A program made the position numbers and the translations under genes. Below the pieces are notes generated by a model. That model was given only the letters and a program-made list of their open reading frames with translations. It had not been told where the DNA came from and did not search any database. A stretch of DNA of 63,640 nucleotides, the filler included, from Intoshia linei (taxonomy: Eukaryota; Animalia; Orthonectida): assembly GCA_001642005.1 (NCBI GenBank). It is 5 parts of 5 records of this genome, joined end to end, with 100 filler letters (N's around TTAATTAATTAA, not from the genome) between each part and the next. Parts side by side here need not be neighbours in the genome. Positions count along the whole stretch, not along the records: positions 7,584 to 35,622 come from LWCA01000419.1; 4 more parts are not named here. One strand, written 5' to 3'. Numbering within the stretch: position 1 is the stretch's first letter; the number at the start of each line of letters is the position of its first letter. Of the stretch, positions 11,430-23,000 are shown piece after piece.

Positions 11430-14400
11430 GGGATCAGCTTTAGCTCTTACATGTAGTTATTTATTTGCTTTGTTGTGTTTAATATATTACATTATAATGT
11501 CTAAAATGTACAAAAACTCTTGGAAAGGTAAATTTTATTGTTTACATTTGTTAATTAACCCTTTCACTGTCTAATACTATTTTATGATGCATCACCACAC
11601 ATCTGGAATTTATGTTTTAATTTATACATGTATTATTATTAAATTACTAATGTGAAAATATATGAAAATAAAAGAATAAATTTTTTCAAAATCATGCTGT
11701 GTATATTATAGAATACACAGACGTGTGAAGTGTAATTGCTGTGTATAGTATAGAATACACATGTAGTGTAAGGGTTAGAATTATGACTTATATAATGTAC
11801 TGTCTTAATTATACACATTAAATGTTGATAACCCATAAATTAATAACGGTAAATCTTTTTATTTTATGTAAATTTTAAAATAATAAATTTAATTAAAATT
11901 TTTTAATTTATGACAAATGATTTCTAATTATAACTTATAATAAATATTTAGGATTCACACGAGAGTCTTTTGTTTATTGGAAAAGTTTTATAAAGTTGAT
12001 TATACCGGGAATTTTAATGATTGCATTAGAATTTTTTATTTTTGAAATTGGTGTAATTACAGCTGGAATAATTGGACCTACTGAATTAGACACTCAATCA
12101 ATTATTGTTCAATTTAATGCAATATGGTATCAGGTAATATTTTATATGATTCATCGTTTAACATGTTAACTTTTTTTTAAGGTTGTAATTTTTATTTTTC
12201 GGTTATTAATCTATAATTATATATTTCTTTTGTTAATTATCAACTACACATTAATTTATAAAATTTTATTTTTTATCGTAACGATTTGTTTTATAAGTAT
12301 TATTTAGAACAGGGGTGCGCAACCTTTCTATCAATTCAGCCGCAAAGCTACTTTATCCATTGATACTACAGCCGCACAAAATTTAATTTAACATTAAAAG
12401 AGTTTAAATCCATTTTGATAAAAATATTTTTTTTGAATTTGAAGTAAAATGATATATTACATTATAATGGCATGAATTTCCCACGACCGCAGGTTGTGCA
12501 CTCCTGATTTAGAACCACTGCAGTGCACTGGTTTAAAATATATATTGATTTATTATAGATATATTAATGTAATTATTACATTATGATATTTTTAATATTA
12601 AACGATTTTAGTTGCCGGTCGGTGTCGAAATTTCTACAGCTATACTTATAGGACAGCATGTTGGATCCGGAGATAAAAAAAGTTCTATAAACCTCATTAA
12701 AACTTCATTCGTTTTTATAAGTATGATTTAATTTTCTTTTTTTATTATATTATTAACTAGGTTGACTGTTATGTACTACGTACAAACAGCACCTAGCTTT
12801 GCTGAGGGCACACTTTTATTTTACCAAAAAATAAATTCATTTTTTTTGAAATTGTAGGATCAATATTTACATTTTCAATTTTTATTTTAACCCGTAAGAT
12901 GTGAGTTTGGGAGGTTGAAATTTATTTTGCTAACACCCTCGGAAAAAACTGTAATTGAAATATGGACTTTATAAAATTCTAAGACTGGTAGTTATTGAAA
13001 TAAACGGTAACACACACACAAACAAATATTGCATAACATATTATATAAGTAAGGATATAATTAATAAATATTTATATTAATATATGTATTAATATAGCTT
13101 GTATGCTTTAAAGTTTAAACTTAAACGATATACAAACAGTAGATTATGTAGTTATGATATATGTATATGTTTGAGTATATAAAATATTTGAATAGTGATA
13201 AATACATATGGTTTTTAATATCAAGGATTAAAATTATTTTCACTTAAATCTTGAAAATGGTGAGTTTATCTCACCTGAATAACCTGCAACAGTTATAACT
13301 TATAACTTATTAAAAATTTTCATTTAAATTTGGATTAAATTGTCGTATGTGGAATTAGCATGTTACACAGCTATATATGTGTACTACTTATTGTTTAGTA
13401 AACATATTGTACCAGGTATAATGATACCACAATATTAATAATTATGTAAAATTATTTTAGGTATTATATCACTTGTGGCAGGAATTGCTCTTGTTCTTCT
13501 TAGACATAGTTTATCTGGCTTATTTACAAATGATGCGTAATTTTCACTAATCACCTTATTATGTTACACTGTTAGATTTTGTATACTGATTAATTTTAAT
13601 TTAGTCGCGTCATGATGTTAATCGGTGAAATTTTGCCAATTATTAGTTTCTATATATTTTTTGATGGCATCAATGTAATCAAATTAAACTTTGACCAGTA
13701 TTTCTGAAACCCTTTTGATTTGCAGACTCGCAGGCTATTTAATATTTTGTGACTCATTTAGATAAACTAAAATTTTCAAAATGTAAAAATATACAAAAAT
13801 GTGACCATCAATTTACAGTTTCCGTCATTTTGTTTTTTCTGGCAATTTGAGAATACCAGTCAATTTATTAATGAATGGTAAAGTTGATAATTTAAGAGAA
13901 TGTCACATAACCTTAGTCCACATGTCCCTTTTGGAACTTTAATTTTTTTATTAATCATTTATCATGAAATTAATGTCCAACAAACTAACAGCATATCATG
14001 ATTTATATGTAAAAATAAAACATGAAATTTTCTGGCGAATCATGGGTATAGAGCACTGGATTATCCATGTATAGTATACATTATTATTATATATACTGTA
14101 TATAATATATTTTTTAAATTTTAAAATTAGACTGTTTGCAAAGGCATTTTGTATGGAACTGGTCGTCAGTATATTGCTGTTGTTTTAATGTTTGTTATCT
14201 ATTATTTTATCGGATTGCCAATATCCTTGATTGTCATGTTTAAAACACATTTTGGAATAAATGGTTTATTTTAAAAAATCTAATTATTATTAATAGGATT
14301 CTGGTTTGCCCTTGGATGCATCATCATTTTAATTTCCATTTTCATGACTAATTCCGTAATTAAAACCAATTGGAACGACATGATTGCGCAGGTATTTTGA

Positions 14401-16933
14401 CAGTTTTCTATATTTATGTTATTTTAATATATTGTATCATGATCTGAGCAGTCCCGAACCGATCTTACCGAAACACCTCAGTGGGAGGGTGGCTCATTTT
14501 TCCATATTGTGCATCTAAAAAAAATATTCGTAAAGTTCAAACTATTTTTGAGTTAAATTAAAAAATGTCAAGTTGAGATCCTTGGACAGTTGGCAGGGCT
14601 GTGATACGAATCGTTTTGGAAAATTCTTTTTGAGGCCCATTTTTAATTTTCGGTGGCACCGAATGAATAGGTTTCACTCTAATCTGGGGTATGGCTCAAC
14701 ACGTAACGTTCCCATCTAATGCCGTCCAAAATAGGTCCGTATACATTCCCGTGCCAGTACATGTTTTTCCATAATTTAAGGACCCAATATACACACTGTA
14801 ATTATAATTAATTTTTAATTAACTTTTTGATGGTTAATTTGCATTGTATTCAAGTTGCTATAAATTCTACTAAATATAATTAGTAAAATCTTGACACTTA
14901 TCCAGAGCCTAACGTACCAAGCTCGAGACCATTCCCGAAAATCAAAAATATGGCCCCAAAAAAAAATTTTAACGATGCGTAGTGTCATAGATGACCCTCT
15001 CCCAGAGTTTTAATTTGACATACACAATAGTTAAAAAAATTTTTTTGATATTCAAGAATACAATATTTTTAGATGCACAATTTTGAAAAATAAGGCCCCT
15101 TTTTACAAAAATTTGTCATCCCTCCCCAAAGAGGGACTCGAAATACGGCAAGTTCGGTTCTACAATTATTAACCAGTCATGCTAATTTCGAATCATGATT
15201 ATATTATATGCCGTTTGGTTATATTTCAACTACATTGATATGTAAATCGAAGCTTTTTATTTTTATCAGACTCGAAGAATATAGACCGGGTACAAATTTA
15301 ATGCGCTGATTAACGTGGTATTATCAGTTTTTTCCAATCATATCAAGTTTTCGCGTTGTGACCATTTTTATAAATTTTAGTCAGGTTGTTGACACGACTA
15401 TAGTTCATTATCAATGTTGTTAACATTATAACATTATCAATACTACATTATCAGAAATTTTATAAATTACATATATTACATTAGAAACGTTAAAGCAATG
15501 GCTTTTATTGTACAATATTTTGCTAATCAATATGTAACATTAAAAAAGTTACAATTCAAAAACTATCAATATAATTTTGAAAAAATGACAATTTTTGTTT
15601 ATAATTCATAATCACATTCAATTCATAAATTATCTATATGGCACACTATGCCTGTGGTAACATTTTAAATTTGTTACCATTTCTATACTTTGCAACTACT
15701 GCATATGAAATATGTAATACGCACTGTTAACTTGAAACTTTTTTATTACTATGAAAAACAATATTTATTATAGAAAATATTATTAACCCAACCATTTTTA
15801 CTAAAATCCAACCATTCTTGCCAACCTTAAAGGGAAAAACCCACTTTTCCAACCTATTTAGGGAAAATTTCACTTTTACCAACCTTTTAGCGAAAAATTG
15901 ATTTTCACAAACTCATAAGTGAAAATTCTAATTTTACTAACCTTTAAGGGAAAACCCTACTTTTACAACAAGAACTTTACCTATTTAGGGAAAATTCTAA
16001 TTTTACCAACCCTATTAATGAAAAAATCAGTTTTACTAACCCTTAAGGGATTAATCCACTTTTCAGACCCTTGAACGAAAAATCCAGTTTACCAACCCTA
16101 ACAGGTTAAAACCTTAAATGCATTTTTTTTTTTAGGGTTGGTAAATTTTCATTTTTAGTAAAAATGATTAGATTTAATTAAAAATGATGTGATTTAAGTA
16201 ACCCCTTTATTATACATATTAATTTGCGAAAGATTGTACAATAATAATTATAATAACCTTGCAAATGAAATATTTGAAAAAAATTTGGATAATTTTAATA
16301 GGATTAGTTAATGAAATATAGCTGTTAACAGCGGCCCGACCAAAATATTTAAAAATAGGGATAACTCGAAAAATTGATGTGATTAAAAAAACAAATTATA
16401 CCACGTTAATCGTCGTATAAAACTTGTACCCCAAGTTTATTTTTTATGTTCGGTAAAAAAACCTCGCATAATAATACAGTATATTCAATTGTATAGTATA
16501 TATATTTAGGCTGCATATAGAAATAATTTGTCCATTCATTATGACTATACTTATGAAAATGAAGGTATTTTGATTTATCTAACTTATGACGAGTCCATCA
16601 AACTAGTTCGTGGAATAATTTTTAAATACAAAGTATTCTGACTTAAACAAAGTTGGTAAAAGTGCGATTTTTGAGCAATTTGAATACTTGTTGAAAATAT
16701 AATATATGTATCAGTGGCCACTCTTATCCAATTCATTTAATCCAGTCTGTACGACCAAAGAATTTATTTTCCATAATTTAGTACATTACGAATCAATGCT
16801 TGAAACCTACAGTTCGATATCTGATTTAAGTCAAAAAACAATTATAAAAAGACACTACAAAATAAAACTTGTCGTAACAGCAATAATTATATTAATGTTA
16901 AGTACATCTATTTTCACAAAAATATTTATATAA
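11430..16933 (+). CDS. MATE / SLC47-family multidrug and toxin extrusion transporter, C-terminal half (about 9 exons)
   Basis: Exons translate to GSALALTCSY...SWKG|FTRESFVYWKSFIKLIIPGILMIALEFFIFEIG...ELDTQSI|LPVGVEISTAILIGQHVGSGD|GLFTND|FFDG|CKGILYGTGRQ...YYFIGLPI|GFWFAL...TNWND, plus the extra C-terminal TM helix typical of animal SLC47. Confidence 0.9.
12771..13056 (-). mobile_element. Non-autonomous Helitron-like repeat; related copies at approx. 2175-2330, 31490-31620, 37560-37810, 49035-49203
   Basis: The minus strand starts ATCCTTACTTATATAA, has a TGTTTGTGTGTG tract, and ends in a GC-rich segment followed by GTACGTAGT. The shared block TTTATTTCAATAACTACC...AGAATTTT...ATTACAGTTTTTT recurs in the other copies. 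Confidence 0.55.
15290..16430. repeat. Foldback element with an internal ~29-30 bp degenerate tandem repeat (TTTTACCAACCCTTTAGGGAAAAT..., 15800-16145)
   Basis: Inverted arms GGGTACAA...ATTAACGTGGTAT (15288-15345) and ATACCACGTTAAT...TTGTACCC (16365-16431) flank roughly ten degenerate tandem units. Confidence 0.7.
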
Positions 16934-17039
16934 TAAATTTCTAATTATCAATTAAAATGTAAATTGTAAAAATATAACCCGTGATTCAGTCGCAACAAAA
17001 AAAAATTGATCAAATAATTAAAATAAATTTAATAAACAA

Positions 17040-20000
17040 TCAATTTAATACATATTGCAATAAAATTGATATAATAATTTGGAATAACATAATACAAAAA
17101 ATGTTTCTAATGTTGATGATACAATTACAACTATGTTGTAAATGGGTAATGTTTTTGTTAACTTGGAGCATATTTTCATTTAATTGTTTTTGGTTTTCAT
17201 ATATTGGAGTTATACAGGACGTGACAATATTTTGTATAGTTTTGGCATACGCTTTATGGTCTAATTTTGCAGCTAAATGAAATATTCAAATGTAAATACA
17301 AATTAATGGAAAGTAATATAATAATACAGTAATAGTGAAATATCTAACCATCATCTGGAAATAACATAATAAATTTAAATATTAATGTAAATGTATTTAA
17401 ACTTTAATTTAAAAAAAAATAATACCTTTGAGTGAATCTGACATTACATTATCAGATGTCTTTTCTTCGGTGCTATAATTATTTTCAAATGATTCAACTT
17501 GGTTGTGGTTTGGTTCCATGGACAATTTCCGAGAAAATGAGTTTGTAGCATTGTCAAATTGAATATCTACATATTTTTTTCCTATTAATGGTGTAGTGTG
17601 TATTAGGTGAGTATTTACAACGTAATCTATCTCATATTGTTTTAAATCAACCTAAATTTCAGTAGTTTATACTAATATTATATAAATAAATTTAATATAC
17701 AATATATTCCAGTTTTAACCATATTTAACTATAATATAAAACACGATATTAAAAAGACATTTTAAAATATATATCAATATTCGTATTAATAATATTTAAC
17801 AAAAAAATGCAATTACTTTGGCATCCCAAGGACGGTTATCTCGGTACTTGTAAAACCATTCTTTTATGGATTCATTCCATTCAAAAAGTTTTTGCGTATA
17901 TTTAACATTTGGATTGTTTTTCAATAAATCTCTTTGAAGTTGTTCGATTTCGTTTTTAGCGTCTTTAGCAGCGTCATAATCGTTGATTTTTAAAAATTTT
18001 ATAACATCAGACCAAACACTACGCTTTTTTTGAATAATTTTAGATAATATAAATTACCGGTTCGATTCATTTTCTGTGAGATTTTCTGGATTAATAACAT
18101 ATCTTTCTAGTCTAGTTTTAATAATGTCTTCATTGGTGAACCAGATAAGTTCTTTCTCTTTCTAAATTTAAGTTACATTAATTACATTATTTGAATTTCC
18201 TTTGATTTTATCATTGATGATTATAATACTTGAAATAATTATTAACACGTTAATTAAAACAGTAAAAATAAATTATCAACTTTTACAGTGGTCGTTGCAT
18301 TACAGGGTTAAATGCATATTTGATATTTTTAAAATAAAAAATGTAATACACTCTTTGATCTTGAGTTTGAAATATAAACTTGTTTGTCCCAATGGCCATG
18401 AATAGTTGCAAACGTTTTAGTCCCAAGTTTTATTTTACCAGATATTATATTTGAAGTACGAAAAAATGACTAAATTATTACATCAAAATAAATATTAATA
18501 AACAAATAATGCAGAACTTTACCTCCAAATGTAATTCAAGTTCAACATGATATCCTGTTTTAAAGCAATTGATAGAGACATTTCCACCCAATTCCATGGA
18601 CAAATTTCCATACAGTATACCTTAAAAATAAAATAAATCCATTTCACATTTTAATATCTAATTATTTTTTTACCTTTGCAATGAGCACATGGTAAATTTA
18701 TTGTATATTCTTCGCCCAGTACAAGCAAAGAAATTGTAAAATTTCCATAAAATTTTCCAATTAGGGAATTTCCTTGATACTTTGATTTTGCTTCAAATGA
18801 TCCGTGTACATTATATCCCATTTTTCGATTAGTAAGATAAAATGCAGATATTGGCGGATGATGAGAAACCTAAAATGGTTTGACCTGTTTTATATTTAAT
18901 AGGTTGAGTCAAAATTTACATTATACAAGGAAAAATCAATTTACATGTATGTTTAGATTACATGTGTATAAACATTTCTAGCGTATTTTAAATTTATTGA
19001 TATTATCCATCGGACGTACTCGTCAGACATAAAATGATATTGAAAACTTAATCATCTTAATATCATATCACTAATACATATTAAAAACTAAAATAATGTT
19101 TAAAAATATCAATTTTGATAATGATCAGATTGGTGAAGTAAATGTCGATTTTTATTTTTTTTTAAGAGACTATATGACAGAAGAAAATTCTGAATTAAAC
19201 AATTGTGTCAATACACTAAACCAGGGATGCACAACCTGCGGCCGTACGGCTAAATTAGAATTTGAAGATAGATTTGGAGAACTAAAAACTATGAAAAACA
19301 TATTACAACTAGGTTCGCCTCCTTTTATGTGTGATATTAACAGCACTCTTCTTGAATTCCAAATGGAATTGCTGGAAATTAAAAACGATGAATTGATAAA
19401 AAATAAATTTAATGAAAACATTGATCTTGTGGAGATATGGAAGTATGCATTTGCATATCCTTCACTTTGTGAGTTAGCTCGGAATACTCTTGTTGCCTTT
19501 GGGAGTACGTATTTATATGAGTCAGGGTTTTTCCATGAAATATTTGAAAAATCAATACAGATCACGCTTAAAAGACTCAAACTTGGAATCATCATAGATT
19601 GATGTTCTCTCCAATTCCGGTCGATTTTAAAATATTTCCCCAATTTATCCAATTGAAATATTTCCCAAGCATCAATTGATGACAATAAAATTTTGATACA
19701 TTCCAACCACATTGAAAAATGAATATTAGATTCAAAGATATAATTAATTTAAATAGTCCAGATTGGATAATGTCACCTTTTGATGTAAACGTAGAAGATG
19801 TAGAAATTGAATTAAGAGAAGAATTTATTGATATGCAATTTGATTTGGTAGCTAAAACTAAATTTAAATATACGACACTCAGCAATTACTAGCTAAATCG
19901 GGAAAATATGAAAAATTACCCAAAAATGAACGCAATTTCTGAAAGTCTGATGTTATCATTTCCTACTTCATATATGGTCGAATCTAAATTTACTCATGTC

Positions 20001-23000
20001 AATTATCTTTTGGGCAAACATAGAACATAACTTAATATTGAAAAACGTGGCGATTTACGTTTAAAGCTTACCACTTATTTATTAACTCCCACATCACTGC
20101 ATTAAACCAAAGAAAATTTAAAATGATGTGATCACGTTATGTGTACTCAAATTTAATTAATTCAGTACATTTTATAAGTGCAAATTGTGTATTTCTACAC
20201 AATTATCTACACAAGCCTCTGGATTTCTTCCTTTGGGGTTACCTTAAGAGTAAGGTCTATGTCAACAAGCCGACAACAATTGAACAGCTGAAGGATAAGA
20301 TAATAAGGCATATTGGTGAGATCGAGGAGCAATTATGCAGAGATATCATAAAAAATTTTGACCATCGAGTGGAGGTGTGTCGCCGAAGCTTTGGCAAACA
20401 TTTGGGCGATATTATTTTTCACACATAATTGCCATGTGCCAAATAACATAATTCCATAAAAAAATCAATAAAATTTACCCATTAACATTGTTTTATTTAC
20501 TGTTTTTATCGATCCGTCTTAATGAAACACCCTTTATAAAATTTATCAATTTTTTCACTTTTGAATAAATAAAAATTTTGACCCCATCGAATGTCAGCAC
20601 AAAAGAAGCGAAAATATTCATCAGAAAACTAAATTTTCAATTTAGAGTGGGAAAACGACTATTTTTTAGTTCAAAATAAGTCTGGAATGATTTGCCTGAT
20701 CTGCAGAAGCAATATCTCAATAATAAAGAAATGCAACGCTGAAATGCACTATAAACTTTATTTTAATAATCAGATTACCAAACTTGAATGAGATGACAGA
20801 AAAAAAATTAGAGACATTGAAAAACCAGCTCAAAAATCAACAGACTCTTTTCAAGAATATTTTCAATCTTGGTCAAGCTCAGACAAAAGCTAGCTATATG
20901 ATAGCTTCTTTACTTGGCAAAAAAGAAAGAGCCTTCTCTGATGCCAAAATGGTTAAAGAAGCTATAATTGAAACAGTCAAATGTGTCAAGCCACATAATA
21001 TATCAAAGTATGAAAATATTCCTCTTTCAAGGCGCTGTATTGTCAATAGACAGACTGAAATTCAAAATAATTGACTTTTCTGAAGAAAATAATTTTTAAT
21101 CTCTTCATTGAACTGATTTTAAGAGCAACAATTCTTTGTAAAATAAACATATGAAAGAAAAAGAATTTATGCAAATACATACAACAATTATTTTTATTTT
21201 TTGTTGTGGCCTCTAGGAATTTTCGCTAGACAGATTTGGTCACTGATTGTTCAATCGACAGGGGTAAACAATGCATTTTTGTGGCTGTCAAGGATACTAG
21301 GGATCGTCTCTCTTCAAGTAGTTTCACCGATAATGCCGAATATCATCATTTCAAACTTCTCAAACTCCATTCCGTTCACAATTGGAGCGTTAGGAGCCCA
21401 ACAGGGTATAAATCAGGCAGTTTGGTCACTTTTAACCGCAGATCTATCGCTATCTATCTATATACCTATATGGCTTGTTGGTCAATGTGTGTGTGAAAGA
21501 GATAACATGGTAACTACAACCTTCTTCCAAAATAGAATAATCTTCTTTTCTTGGCCTATGTATACCTAGCCACGCGTATGTACTCTAAATGTACACATAC
21601 TTTAAGAGGGACATCATTCAGACAAATGATCTTACTGGCTGTAAGGAAAAGTGTCTTGGAGACCATATCTCACGATATGGATGACATGATTTTTGATAAA
21701 TAGTCACATATCAAATATAACAAGATGGCCTCTGGAAAAGAACCGAATTCTGGTCGGTTAAAATTTTTAGGAACCCAGAAATTTTGAAAACGAATGTTAT
21801 ATTAAAAGGAGTTAATGGAAATGTGTTAAATTGTTAAAGTAAAATCATTCTTGATAATCGAGAAATGGAAAATGTAGAAATCTATATTACTGACACTGAC
21901 AATAGTATTGGTTGTAAAACACTGATTGAATCAGAGAGTATAATCCCATCAAATGGTAAATTTAGTATTTTGACACATAGAAATAGTTTAAATAATTTGT
22001 TAAACAGTGAAATTCCAGCATATCCTAGTCATAACACTATGAAAGAGATTAAATCAAAATTATCTAAATTTTCATATTTAAATCCTATATTTGATGATAT
22101 TATTGATAATTTCTCGGAAGTTATATCTATAAAAATGGATAGGGACTCTGAGGGATAAATATCCAGTTCCAAATTTATTGGTAAATATTACATGGCTCGC
22201 CCTAGATGTTTCAAAGGGAAAACTTTACCCGTAGATTATCAGAGTAGTAAAAAAGTCTGGACGACTTAAGTTTTATTTGTGAAATGGATTATGAAAATTA
22301 ATGATAGAATGATATCCAAATATAGGAAAATTCTATTATTCGTTGACAATTGCCCTTGTCGCTGCAATGAATTTGTAAATTCGTCATTGCAAGTTTTAAT
22401 GAATGTTAAATTAATTTTTTTCCCTAAAAATATTACAAGTAAAGCCTAACCCTTGGATGCTGGCATTATAAAATATATTAAACAAGAATATAGGAAATGA
22501 AACATTTGATATTAATCATTGCAGTATCAATCTACACAAAGCAATTCAAACAATATCGGAATGTTGGAGTATATTAAAGGAAAATACAATTAAAAATTGT
22601 TTTAAAAAATGTAGATTCAATGTTCTTGATGATAATTGTACACTGGATAAGACGTATTATATATTTCATCATTTATCATTGATAAATTATCAATTTAAAC
22701 TTTAGATTTAATTATGCAGTTTCTGCAACTTAAAATACAGTGATATCTCGTTCTCGTTAATAATTCGTGCTTTTTAATTTATTGTTTATTAATGAATCCC
22801 ACATGCAAATTATTGTCTATTAATAATAAAAAAAATATTATTAAAGAATTCGAAAATAAAACTCAAATAGGTAAAATAAATATAAAAACAAGTATTGAAT
22901 TATATTTCTAATTTTAGAAATTTCAAAATTGTATAATGTTTCGTCGTCTTGCATATCCAAAATAGTGAATAATAAAGATAAAGTATTATCTGAAATACCA

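Noticed and set aside
15800-16145. Possible CRISPR-like array
   Set aside because: The units are degenerate and adjacent with no unique spacers, there are no cas genes, and the context is eukaryotic. It is a minisatellite in a foldback element.
19170-19885. Minus-strand ORFs 19170..19712 and 19592..19885 (likewise 25467..25781, 28182..28409, 29613..29807, 29898..30185, 41639..41914, 16981..17280)
   Set aside because: These are shadow frames antisense to recognised transposase, RT or host coding sequence.
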